DNA from: an uncultured bacterium
GTDB taxonomy: Bacteria > Lernaellota > Lernaellaia > Lernaellales > Lernaellaceae
Direction of reading: 5' to 3'
Length of the DNA stretch: 36,328 nt
NCBI GenBank assembly: GCA_964534375.1
Contig: CAZHPN010000043.1
Location: 1 to 36,328, forward strand
In this document: positions 27,286 to 36,012 of the stretch, piece after piece
Layout of the letters: the number at the start of each line of letters is the position of its first letter
Position numbering within the stretch: position 1 is the stretch's first letter
The notes under the pieces: generated by a model
The model's database searches: none
The model's input: only the letters and a program-made list of their open reading frames with translations
Told to the model about the DNA's origin: nothing
Made by a program: the position numbers and the translations under genes

Positions 27286-28740
27286 ATGTCACGCATCCAC
27301 GATCGACGGATTTATCATCAAGGGGCAAACGATTTCGGCCGGGGCGAGCCCGTGCGCCTGCGCTTCGAAGGCTATCGCCTGCGCGCTTACGCGAACGAGC
27401 CGGTCGCCGTGGCGCTCTTGGCCAACGGCGTGCGCACCGCGTCGCGGTCGTTGAAGTTTCATCGCCCGCGCGGCGTGCTGTGCCTGGGCGGGCGCTGTTT
27501 CAGTTGCCTGGCGCGCGTCGACGGCGTGCCCAACGTGCGCACCTGCCGCGTCGCCTGCCGCGACGGCATGACCGTCCGCCGCGAAAGCGCCGTGCCGCAG
27601 GCCGGCTGCGACGTTTTGCGCGCGTTCGATTTCGCCTTTCCCAAGAGCCTCGAATACCACGAGATGTTCACGCGCCCGGCGCCGGTGAACAAAATGCTGC
27701 AACGGGCCGTCCGCGTTTTCTCCGGCGGCGGCGACTTGCCCGACCGGGCCGCGCCGGCGCCGGCCATTCGCGAGAAAGCGGTCGAGGTCGCGGTTATTGG
27801 CGGCGGGCCCGCCGGCATGGCCGCGGCGCTCACCGCGGCGGCGGCCGGCGCGCGGACGCTGCTCGTCGACGACGCGCCCGAATTGGGCGGCCATTTGGTC
27901 GGCTGGCCCGAACCGCTCGACGGCTTCGCCGACGGCCCGGCGTGGATCCAGGCGCAACTCGCGGCGCTCGATAAGGCCGGCGTGGAGGTCGCGCTCGGGG
28001 CCGAGTGCCTCGGGCGTTACCGCGAGGGCTTCTGGGCCTTCTATGCCGACGGAGCGTTGACCCTGCTGACGCCGCGGCGAACGGTGCTCGCGACCGGCGC
28101 GTACGATCAGCCGCCGTTGTTTCCGAACAACGACCTGCCGGGCATTTTCTCGACGCGCGGCGTGAGCAAGCTCGTTCACCGCTGGGGCGTGCGCCCGGGC
28201 GACGCCTGCCTGATCCTCGGCGTCGACGACCTCGCCCTGTCGCTGGCCGAGCGTCTGCCGGAGATGGGCGTGCGCGTGGTCGGCCTCGCGACCGAAGCGC
28301 GGCAAGTCGCCGGCGATCCGGACCGCGCCGAAAAAATCCGCGGCCGCGGCGTGCCGATCTTTCTCGGCTATCGCGCGGCGCGGGCGCGCGGCGCCCTGCG
28401 CCTGAAGGGCCTGCGCCTCGAACCGCTCGACGGCGGCGAGCCCGTCGACGCGCCCTGCGATGTCGTTGCCGCCGGGGGGCCGCCCGCGCCGAGTTGGGAA
28501 CTCGCGGCCCAGGCCGGCGGCAACGTGATTTACGACGCGGCCCGCGGCGGCTTCGCGGCGACGTGCGACAAAACGGGCCGCACCGCAAATTCCGACGTGT
28601 TCGTCACGGGCGAAATGCTCGGCGCCGCGCCGGCGCTGACGGCGGCCGCCCGCGGCCGCGCGGCCGGCCTGGCCGCGGCGCTCGATCTGCATCCGGACGA
28701 AACCGTCGCGGCCGAATTGCGCCGCACAACGGAGAACTGA
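27286..28740 (+). CDS. 2Fe-2S + FAD oxidoreductase, sarcosine oxidase / dye-linked proline dehydrogenase alpha-like subunit
   Basis: RSLKFHRPRGVLCLGGRCFSCLARVDGVPNVRTC; VAVIGGGPAGMAAA; LATGA...LFPNNDLPGIF. Confidence 0.87.
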   Translation: MSRIHDRRIYHQGANDFGRGEPVRLRFEGYRLRAYANEPVAVALLANGVRTASRSLKFHRPRGVLCLGGRCFSCLARVDGVPNVRTCRVACRDGMTVRRESAVPQAGCDVLRAFDFAFPKSLEYHEMFTRPAPVNKMLQRAVRVFSGGGDLPDRAAPAPAIREKAVEVAVIGGGPAGMAAALTAAAAGARTLLVDDAPELGGHLVGWPEPLDGFADGPAWIQAQLAALDKAGVEVALGAECLGRYREGFWAFYADGALTLLTPRRTVLATGAYDQPPLFPNNDLPGIFSTRGVSKLVHRWGVRPGDACLILGVDDLALSLAERLPEMGVRVVGLATEARQVAGDPDRAEKIRGRGVPIFLGYRAARARGALRLKGLRLEPLDGGEPVDAPCDVVAAGGPPAPSWELAAQAGGNVIYDAARGGFAATCDKTGRTANSDVFVTGEMLGAAPALTAAARGRAAGLAAALDLHPDETVAAELRRTTEN

Positions 28741-28744
28741 CGCC

Positions 28745-29023
28745 ATGCCGCGCAAAACCATCGTTTGTCGTTGCGAAGACGTGACGGCCGACGAAATCCG
28801 CGCCTCGATCGCGCACGGCCTGCGCGATATCGAATCGCTCAAACGTTTCCACGCGCTGGGCACGGGCCCGTGCCAGGGGAAGATGTGCCTCGTCAACCTC
28901 GCGCGCCTGCTGCTCGAGGCCGGCATTCCCGCCGCCGAGATCAAGCCGATCGTCAGCCGCCCGCCGGGCGCGTGGACGCCGCTGGCCGCGTTCGCCGGAC
29001 GCAAAGCCGGGGAACGATCGTGA
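28745..29023 (+). CDS. BFD-like (2Fe-2S)-binding small subunit
   Basis: VCRCEDVT...ESLKR...GTGPCQGKMC, SRPP. Confidence 0.87.
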   Translation: MPRKTIVCRCEDVTADEIRASIAHGLRDIESLKRFHALGTGPCQGKMCLVNLARLLLEAGIPAAEIKPIVSRPPGAWTPLAAFAGRKAGERS

Positions 29024-30159
29024 CCGGCCCGCGGACGATTATCATCGGCGGCGGCATCGTCGGCCTGTCGCTGGCGTGGAACCTCGCGCGCCGCGGCTGG
29101 ACCGACGTCACGGTGCTCGAACGCGATCATCTCAACGCCGGGGCGTCGGCGCGGTGCGGCGGCGGCGTGCGCGAGCAATGGTCGAGCGCCGACAACATTC
29201 GCATCATGAAGCGCAGCGTGCGGCTGTTCGAAAGCTTCCCGCAGGACACGGGCTTCAACAATTGGTTTCGCCAGTGCGGCTATCTCTTCCTGGCGTACTC
29301 CGACGAACAGGCGGCGCTGTTCGAAGCGAACGTCAAACTGCAACACGAAAACGGCGTCGCCTCGCGGCTGATGTCGCCGCCGGCGATCCAGCGCCTGGTT
29401 CCCGAGATCAACCTCGACGGCATCGTCGTCGGTGCGTTTCACCAACGCGACGGCGTCTGCTTTCCGTTCGCGATGGTCTGGGGCTACGCGAAGGTCTGCC
29501 GCGAACTGGGCGTCAGAGTGCTGCCCGGGCACGAGGTCGTCGGTCTGGAGATGCGGGGCCGGAAGCTGACGGGCGTCGCCACGAATCGCGGGGCGTTCGC
29601 GGCGGACCTGGTCGTCAATGCGGCGGCGGCGTGGTCGCCGCGGATCGGCGAGATGTGCGGCGTGGCGTTGCCGAACCATCCGGAGAAGCACGAGGCGCTC
29701 GTCACCGAGGCGCTGCATCCGTTCTTGTCGACGTGCCTGGTGCCGATGAACAGCGGCATGTACGCGGCGCAGACGATGCGCGGGGAATTGTACGCGTGCG
29801 TCGGCCTGCAAAAAGGGCCGGCGGCGGATTACGACCCGAGTTTCGCGTTCATGCGGAAAGTCAGCCGCCTGCTGATCGACCTGCTGCCGCGCGCGGCCGG
29901 CGTGAAAGCGCTGCGCCAGTGGGGCGGATTTTATGACATCACGCCCGACACCAACCCGATTATCGGTTACGTGGCCGAGCCCGGCAATTTCTACCAATTC
30001 CACGGCCTGATGGGCCACGGCTTCATGTTCGCCCCCGCGCTTTCGGAATTGGTCGCCGACCACCTCGCCGGCGGCAAGCTCGACCCGGATATCGCCAACT
30101 ACGGCGTAGAACGCTTCGCCCGAGGCGGTCTCGAAGCGGAGAAGTTGATTATCGGGTGA
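29020..30159 (+). CDS. FAD-dependent oxidoreductase (DAO family), sarcosine oxidase / proline dehydrogenase beta-like subunit
   Basis: GTGA overlap; IIIGGGIVGLSLA, GASARCGGGVREQW, WGGFYDITPDTNPIIG, GHGFMFAP, EKLIIG. Confidence 0.9.
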   Translation: MTGPRTIIIGGGIVGLSLAWNLARRGWTDVTVLERDHLNAGASARCGGGVREQWSSADNIRIMKRSVRLFESFPQDTGFNNWFRQCGYLFLAYSDEQAALFEANVKLQHENGVASRLMSPPAIQRLVPEINLDGIVVGAFHQRDGVCFPFAMVWGYAKVCRELGVRVLPGHEVVGLEMRGRKLTGVATNRGAFAADLVVNAAAAWSPRIGEMCGVALPNHPEKHEALVTEALHPFLSTCLVPMNSGMYAAQTMRGELYACVGLQKGPAADYDPSFAFMRKVSRLLIDLLPRAAGVKALRQWGGFYDITPDTNPIIGYVAEPGNFYQFHGLMGHGFMFAPALSELVADHLAGGKLDPDIANYGVERFARGGLEAEKLIIG

Positions 30160-30184
30160 GTCGGCGAAGAATTTGTGGATTTCT

Positions 30185-30284
30185 TTGACAGGATCAACGG
30201 AATCAACCGGATCAACGTGATTGAAAGGATCGACCGCCGCAATATCCAATTGATCCTGTAAATCCTGTCGATCCTGTCGAAAAT
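30185..30284. repeat. Inverted pair of 9-mer arrays (TTGACAGGA)n / (ATCCTGTCG)n
   Basis: Left arm 30185-30238 (six drifting units), right arm atcctgtaa atcctgtcg atcctgtcg aaaat 30253-30284; same unit as 19046-19089. Confidence 0.85.
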
Positions 30285-30417
30285 CCCTCCCTTAAAACGC
30301 CGAGAGCCAGCGAATTGAGAGACTGCCGAGAGAAAAACGGTTCGGGAGATTGCGCGACTGACGCACCTTGGAAAAGGAACTTCCCCTGCCCGACCTCTCA
30401 GCCTCCCCGCCTCCCAG

Positions 30418-30660
30418 TCATCGCGGCTTGTCGATCACTTTTTCCGTAGCGAGTTGCGACGGCGGCGGGCTCGGCGGACGCGAGACAAATTCCGCCAACA
30501 TCTGCACAGCGAATAAGCCAAGCAAGGCGCCGAAGCCGGTCATAAACAACGCGCTGGATTTCAACGCGCAACCGTTCGCGCAACCGATGAAGTGTTGATA
30601 CGCCAAACCGCCGCCGGCGCCGAAGATCGCGCCCAGCGCGGAAACCACTCGATATTTCAT
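30418..30660 (-). CDS. Small membrane protein with GCxxGC motif (DUF6132-like)
   Basis: GAIFGAGGGLAYQHFIGCANGCALKSS...GALLG; two TM helices. Confidence 0.7.
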   Translation of the reverse strand: MKYRVVSALGAIFGAGGGLAYQHFIGCANGCALKSSALFMTGFGALLGLFAVQMLAEFVSRPPSPPPSQLATEKVIDKPR

Positions 30661-30707
30661 TTCTGCTTCCCTTCTCTCGCCGGCAACTCTGCCTGCCGAC
30701 GGCTACT

Positions 30708-30733
30708 TATATATAAATAGCAATTTCTATATA
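30708..30733. promoter_or_regulatory. AT-rich 11-4-11 imperfect palindrome, probable repressor operator/promoter
   Basis: TATATATAAAT-agca-ATTTCTATATA (10/11 symmetric) about 50 nt upstream of the 30660 start. Confidence 0.55.
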
Positions 30734-30766
30734 TACAAGTCCGCTCTCGGCTTTTTTCGTGGCGCG

Positions 30767-32464
30767 TCAGCAGACGCCGCAGAGACGGCAGGGGCGGCGG
30801 AAGTCGCAGGGCGGCGAGACGCGGCCGGCGAGGGCGGCCTCAAACTCCCGTTCGAGGTACGAGCGTTTGACGCCGACGTCGACGCGATCCCACGGCAGCG
30901 CGTCGGCGATCGCGCGCGGCTGGGCGAGCAGCGTCCGCCAATCGACGGTCCACTCGCGCAGCGCGGGGCGGACGCCGTCTGCTTGATCGACAAGCCGCGC
31001 CAATTCGCCCGCGCGCCGATCGCCGGTCGAGAGCAGCGCCTGGAATGTCGCGCTGCGCAGCGATTCGCTCTGGACCTCAATGTTGGCGACGCCGCGCAAC
31101 TCGTTCTTGATGAACTTCAGTTTGCGTTCCAGCTCGCGCGGGTCGCCGAACGCCAGCCATTGAAAGGGCGTTTGCGGCTTGGGCACAAACGGATTGAGGC
31201 TGACGACGATTTTCCCCGCGCGGCCTTTTGCCTTCCAGCCGATCATCGCGATTTCGCGGCATCGCCCGACCAGCGCGACGATGCCCTGCAAATCCTCGCT
31301 CGTCTCGGTCGGCAGGCCGACGAGAAAATACAACTTGAAGTTGCGCAGATGGGCGTCGGCGGCGAGGCGGACCTCCGCCAGAATCTCGTCGTCCGTCGCC
31401 GGCTTGTTGCAGACGGCGCGCAAACGCTCGCTGCCGGCCTCGGGGGCCAGCGCGGCCGACGCGAGCCCGCCGTCGACCAACCGCTGCCATTGCGCGGGGC
31501 GCAGCGAACCGCGGCGGATCGACGACAGCGTCACGCGGTTCGTGCCGGCCAACTCGATCCAGGCGTCCAGGTCCGGGTGGCCCGAGACATTCGAGCCGAC
31601 CAGCCCCAGGGCAGTCTGGCCGAGATCCGGCAGGCTCGCTGGCGCATCCGCCGGCCGGTAGGGCAGAAACAAATGTCCGGCGGCGCAGAAGCGGCACCGG
31701 CCGATGCACCCGCGGGCCGTCTCAACCAGCAGCGCGTCGCCGAAAGCCGCCCCGGGCGCGCGCAGGTGCAGCCGCGTTTGCGACGGATCGACGGTTTTTT
31801 CTTTCGGCGCGACAATCCGTTCGGGGAAACCGTCGCGCGGCTCGACGGCGATTAGCTTTCCCTCATCGTCGAAGTGCGACACGTAGAAGCGACCGACGTA
31901 CGCCCCGGGCAGATCGGCGAGGCCGCGCAAGAAATCTTCGCGGTTCGCCGATTCGACGGTCAAGAAACGCGCCAGGAACGGCGCCAAAGCCGCCGCGCCT
32001 TCGCCCAACAGACACACGTCGGCCAGGTCAGACACCGGCTCCGGATTGAGGGTCGGCACGACGCCGCCGGCGATGACGAGCGGATCGCCGGCGCGGCGGT
32101 CGGCGGCGCGCGGCGCGAGACCGGCGAGGCGCAGCAGGCCGGCCAGCGTCGCCAGATCGTTTTCAAACGAAATCGAGACGAACCACGCGTCCGTCGCCCG
32201 CGCCGGATGGTCGGCGTCGATGTCGGTCAAGCCGTGGCGGGCGACCTCGGCTTCGACCTCCGGCTCGGGCTGAACGAGGCGTCCGACCGCCAATCCCGAT
32301 TCCGCCAACGCATAAAAGAGCCACTGATAGCCGAGGTTGGCCATCGCGACGTTGTACCGTCCCGGGTAGACGGCGCAGACGCGGCGTTGCCCGGTTTGCG
32401 GCAGCGGCGCGCCGACTTCGGCGCGGCGCCAGGCGGCATGGATGCTGGCGGCGGTGGGGCTCAT
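30767..32464 (-). CDS. Radical SAM protein (TIGR03960-like B12-binding-domain family)
   Basis: YPGRYNVAMANLG, ETARGCIGRCRFC (CxxxCxxC), APEAGSERLR, KLYFLVGLPTET, FVPKPQTPFQW, C-terminal CRLCGVC; start ATG 32464. Confidence 0.9.
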   Translation of the reverse strand: MSPTAASIHAAWRRAEVGAPLPQTGQRRVCAVYPGRYNVAMANLGYQWLFYALAESGLAVGRLVQPEPEVEAEVARHGLTDIDADHPARATDAWFVSISFENDLATLAGLLRLAGLAPRAADRRAGDPLVIAGGVVPTLNPEPVSDLADVCLLGEGAAALAPFLARFLTVESANREDFLRGLADLPGAYVGRFYVSHFDDEGKLIAVEPRDGFPERIVAPKEKTVDPSQTRLHLRAPGAAFGDALLVETARGCIGRCRFCAAGHLFLPYRPADAPASLPDLGQTALGLVGSNVSGHPDLDAWIELAGTNRVTLSSIRRGSLRPAQWQRLVDGGLASAALAPEAGSERLRAVCNKPATDDEILAEVRLAADAHLRNFKLYFLVGLPTETSEDLQGIVALVGRCREIAMIGWKAKGRAGKIVVSLNPFVPKPQTPFQWLAFGDPRELERKLKFIKNELRGVANIEVQSESLRSATFQALLSTGDRRAGELARLVDQADGVRPALREWTVDWRTLLAQPRAIADALPWDRVDVGVKRSYLEREFEAALAGRVSPPCDFRRPCRLCGVC

Positions 32465-32499
32465 GCGCCGTAATCTAGCGCATTTTGCGGGGAAGCGGA

Positions 32500-32594
32500 C
32501 GGGGTTCGGAACTCGGGGTTTGGCGATTGGCGAACGGTGAATGGCGAATGCGGAATTTCCGGCCGGCCGCTCCGCAATCTGCATTCCGCATTCG
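32500..32594. repeat. Inverted pair of heptamer arrays (TGGCGAA/TGCGGAA)n / (TCCGCAT)n
   Basis: cggggtt cggaact cggggtt tggcgat tggcgaa cggtgaa tggcgaa tgcggaa ... tccgcaa tctgcat tccgcat. Confidence 0.8.
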
Positions 32595-32615
32595 ATACGC
32601 CGAATCGAGGTCGGC

Positions 32616-33368
32616 TCAGAGTTCGACGCTTTGCCCTTGCTCCAATGCCTCGACCGCCAGCCCGACCTTCGCATAATCGGCGAGGATTTCCGCCGCGATG
32701 GTCGGATGCATATGCGTCACGAGCACGCGGATCGGACGGCCGATTTTCGCGATGTCCGCCGCGGCGGCCTCGGGACAGTAATGGCCCGTCGCCTCGGCGC
32801 GGGCGCGCAGGCGATCCGGATAGGCGGTGTCAATGATCACCGCCCGCACATCCTTGTTCTCGGCGATGGCCCGCCAGAAATCATCACCCGCGGCGGCATC
32901 GCCGGTGTAGGCCAATGCGCCGTCGTCGGACGCGACCAGCAGCCCCGTGCAGGGGATGGTGTGGCGGAGGCGAATCGGCGTGATCCAATAGCGCCCGACT
33001 GCGTTGAGCGCGCCTTCGGTCAACTCCTGGAAGACCAGCGCCGGCGGCTGCCCGACCTTGGTCAGGTCGCTCCAAATGACGCCGTTGAAAATGTGCGCCC
33101 GCAACGCGGCGATCACCGGCGCAATGGCGACAATGGTCAGACTGCCGGCCGTCGCCTCGACGCGCGATTGCACGAGGAACGGCAGTTCTTTGACGTGATC
33201 GAGGTGGGCGTGGGTGACCGCCGCCCAGCGGATGCCGGGTGCGTCGGCCGGATCGAGCGCCGAGTTCACCGTGCCGCCGTCGAGCAGCAGTTCGTCGTCG
33301 AGCAGATAGCCCGGCGAAAAATGGCGACGATCGAGGCGGCCCGAACATCCCAAGACGCGCAGCTTCAT
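32616..33368 (-). CDS. MBL-fold hydrolase, class II cyclic-nucleotide phosphodiesterase-like
   Basis: MKLRVLGCSG, LLLDGGT, THAHLDHV, HIFNGVIWSD, YTGD, GHYCP, THMHP. Confidence 0.85.
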   Translation of the reverse strand: MKLRVLGCSGRLDRRHFSPGYLLDDELLLDGGTVNSALDPADAPGIRWAAVTHAHLDHVKELPFLVQSRVEATAGSLTIVAIAPVIAALRAHIFNGVIWSDLTKVGQPPALVFQELTEGALNAVGRYWITPIRLRHTIPCTGLLVASDDGALAYTGDAAAGDDFWRAIAENKDVRAVIIDTAYPDRLRARAEATGHYCPEAAAADIAKIGRPIRVLVTHMHPTIAAEILADYAKVGLAVEALEQGQSVEL

Positions 33369-33433
33369 CCGCGCCCCCGGCGTAATTCTTTTGTTCGCAT
33401 TATCGTCTATTCGGGCGCCGGCGCAACGCCATC

Positions 33434-33525
33434 GCTGAAAGGCTGCCAGGCAAAGCGGAAAGGCTGGAAGGCAGAAACGCTGTTGCGCCTCTCGTTCTCA
33501 GTTTCTCAGCCTCTCCGCCTCTTCC
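33434..33525. repeat. Inverted pair of 8-mer arrays (GCTGAAAG)n / (CTCTCAGC)n
   Basis: gctgaaag gctgccag ... gcggaaag gctggaag gcagaaac versus ttctcagt ttctcagc ctctccgc; degenerate. Confidence 0.6.
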
Positions 33526-34101
33526 TCACGCCAGCTTTTTCAGCAACCACGCGACGTTTTGACCGAGGTTGACGAAGGTCTGCACGCCTTCTTCGTCTTC
33601 GAGGCACTCGCCGGGCAGCCGGCCGACGCCGAGGTTCCAGTAGGTCGAGCCCGGCACGATCATGCCGTTGATGTGGAAGAAGTGGTTGATCGCGTCGAAC
33701 GTCGGAATGCCGCCCGCGCGCCGCACCGCCACGACCGCCGCGCCGACCTTGCGCGTCAGCGGTCCGCCGTTCGCGCGATTGACCGTGCCGCAGCGGTCGA
33801 TGAAGTTTTTCACGTGGCCCGTTACGTTGGAATACCACGTCGGCGAGCCGATGATGACCGCGTCGGCGCCGAACAGCTTCGGCAGCGCCTCGTTGAGGTG
33901 GTCGTCTTTGACGCCGTGGCACTCGCGATCCAGCTCTTTGGCGCACCGGCCGCAGACGGCGCACGGCTGCAGCTTCAGCGGCGCGAGCTGGACGATCTCG
34001 GTGACGACGCCTTCTTTTTGCAATTCGTCGCAGACGATTTTCAGACAATCGAAGGTGTTGCCGTTCTTGTGCGGACTGCCGTTGAACGCTACGACTTTCA
34101 T
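33526..34101 (-). CDS. Iron-sulfur flavoprotein (Isf) / NADPH-dependent FMN reductase family
   Basis: FNGSPHKNGNT, CAVCGRC(x6)C, GSPTWY, KNFIDR, RRAGG, GSTYWN; AAGGAG RBS. Confidence 0.92.
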   Translation of the reverse strand: MKVVAFNGSPHKNGNTFDCLKIVCDELQKEGVVTEIVQLAPLKLQPCAVCGRCAKELDRECHGVKDDHLNEALPKLFGADAVIIGSPTWYSNVTGHVKNFIDRCGTVNRANGGPLTRKVGAAVVAVRRAGGIPTFDAINHFFHINGMIVPGSTYWNLGVGRLPGECLEDEEGVQTFVNLGQNVAWLLKKLA

Positions 34102-34228
34102 GGGGGGTGCTCCTTCGGACCCAAGGTCCGTTTGGTCAATGCCGTGTTTTTTTGTCGGAAACGGTTCTTGACACCTTGCGCCTCACGGTGCGATGTTGAG
34201 CCCTCGCAGTCAAGAGGACGGGGCGGAC

Positions 34229-35398
34229 TTGCGCGTCATTTTGTACACGGGTAAAGGCGGGGTCGGCAAGACCACGGTGAGCGCGGCGACGGCCGTAGCC
34301 TGCGCGGCGCGCGGCCGGCGGACGATCGTCTTGTCCACCGACGCGGCGCACAGCCTCGCCGACTTGTTCGAACAGAAGATCGGCCCCGAGCCCGTGCGCA
34401 TCACCAAGAATCTGTACGCTTGCGAGGTCGAGGTTTACCACGAACTGGCCAAGAACTGGGGCGCAATCCGCGCCTACATCAAGCATTTCCTGGCCAGCCG
34501 CGGCTACGGCGACGTCATCGCCGACGAGCTTTCGGTCATGCCCGGCATGGAAGACCTCTTTTCGCTGCTGCGGCTTTTGGAAATCGAGGAGAGCGGCGAA
34601 TACGACACGGCGGTGATCGATTGCGCCCCGACCGGCGCCACGCTCCAGCTTCTGGGCTTCACCGATGTATTCGAATGGTACATGAGCCGGTTCTTCGATC
34701 TGGAGCGCCGGCTGGTGCGCGCCATCCGCCCGATGGCCGAACGGGTGATCAAGGCGCCGCTGCCGGGCGACGAGGTCTTCGGCCAGGTCGAGCAACTGTA
34801 CCGGCGCATGGTGCTGATCAAGGCGCTGCTCACCGATCCGAACCGGGCGAGCGTCCGCCTGGTGCTGAATCCCGAGAAGATGGTCATCGCCGAAAGCCGC
34901 CGGGCGTACACCTGCCTCGGCCTCTACGGCTATCCGGTCGACGCCGTGGTGATCAACCGCCGGTTGCCGCCCGAGGTGGACGGCTACCTGGCCGAGTGGC
35001 TGGGCATTCAACAGAAGCACCTCGACGTCATCCAGCATTCGTTCGCGCCGCTGCCGCTGCTGTCGTGCCGCCTCTTTCCGCGCGAGATGACCGGGCTGAA
35101 AGCGGTCGAGGCCGTGGCGGCCGAAATCTTCGCGCAGTACGAGCCCGACCAGGTTCTGTTCGCGCGCACCCCGTTCGAATTGGAAGCGAAGAACGGCCTG
35201 TACGAAATGCGGCTCTACCTGCCGGGCGTCTCGAAGAAAGAAATTCAGTTGTTCGTCAAAGACGGCGAGCTAATTGTGAACGCCGCCGGTTTCCGCCGCC
35301 ACTTCCTGCTGCCCCGGCAGCTCAACGGCTACATCGTCGCCAAGGCCCGGCTGGAAGGCGACCAGTTCAACATCCTGTTCGCGAAGGATTCGGCGTGA
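34229..35398 (+). CDS. ArsA/Get3-family ATPase with C-terminal HSP20-like domain
   Basis: GKGGVGKTT, STDAAHSL, PGMEDL, DCAPTG, LNPEKMVIAES; single ATPase domain plus beta-sandwich tail YEMRLYLPGV...GELIV...FRR; TTG start at 34229. Confidence 0.9.
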   Translation: MRVILYTGKGGVGKTTVSAATAVACAARGRRTIVLSTDAAHSLADLFEQKIGPEPVRITKNLYACEVEVYHELAKNWGAIRAYIKHFLASRGYGDVIADELSVMPGMEDLFSLLRLLEIEESGEYDTAVIDCAPTGATLQLLGFTDVFEWYMSRFFDLERRLVRAIRPMAERVIKAPLPGDEVFGQVEQLYRRMVLIKALLTDPNRASVRLVLNPEKMVIAESRRAYTCLGLYGYPVDAVVINRRLPPEVDGYLAEWLGIQQKHLDVIQHSFAPLPLLSCRLFPREMTGLKAVEAVAAEIFAQYEPDQVLFARTPFELEAKNGLYEMRLYLPGVSKKEIQLFVKDGELIVNAAGFRRHFLLPRQLNGYIVAKARLEGDQFNILFAKDSA

Positions 35399-35865
35399 GC
35401 GAGCCCGAGACCGAAGCGCAGCGCCAGAAGACCGTTCTGCATTTGAACGAGATCATGGGCCGGCTCGACGACGCTAAAGGGCACTTTCTCATCGGCCAGC
35501 GCGAGATCCTGTTGTCGATTCGCGAAATCGTCAAACTGCTCGCCGAACTGTCGGGCGAGGCGCCCGAGTCGATCGCCGGCGTGCCCGTGTACCTGCTCGA
35601 GACCGCCGCGGGAATGATCGACTACATCATCAGCTACCTGCCCGGCCCGCCGCCCGAAGAAATCCTCAAAGCCCGCAAGGAAGCCCTGAGAGAGCTGATC
35701 GACCTGGTCGACAAAGAGGCCGAACGGACCGGCCGCTTCGCCTCCGGCGAACGCGACGTGCTCAAGGTCGAAGCCCTGATGTCGTTGAAGAAGTACCTCG
35801 CCCACGAGCTCGAGCACGGCCCCGACGTGCCCAAGCAGCGCATCACCGAAGTCGAGATCGAATAG
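35395..35865 (+). CDS. Hypothetical helical protein coupled to the ArsA-like ATPase
   Basis: GTGA overlap with the ATPase stop; 156 aa, amphipathic helices, ends KQRITEVEIE. Confidence 0.8.
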   Translation: MSEPETEAQRQKTVLHLNEIMGRLDDAKGHFLIGQREILLSIREIVKLLAELSGEAPESIAGVPVYLLETAAGMIDYIISYLPGPPPEEILKARKEALRELIDLVDKEAERTGRFASGERDVLKVEALMSLKKYLAHELEHGPDVPKQRITEVEIE

Positions 35866-36012
35866 CGAGCCCCTCGCCGACGCCTGCCGACTTGCGGCTT
35901 GATCGACCGATGGTTTAGCCACAGATTGCGCAGCGCAGCCTTCGCCGACAACCGGGCGGGCGACGCCCGGCCCGACGTACGAGTCGGGCTGCGATGTAAT
36001 CAGCCTATCGCG

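Noticed and set aside
27289..30249. Long antisense or alternative-frame ORFs (e.g. 986 aa at 27289-30249, 763 aa at 12027-14318, 646 aa at 645-2585, 652 aa at 22214-24172)
   Set aside because: Shadow ORFs of real genes caused by high GC; Arg/Ala/Gly-rich with no family motifs.
34229..35398. Arsenic resistance operon
   Set aside because: Single-domain ATPase with HSP20-like tail and no arsB/acr3/arsC/arsD/arsR nearby.
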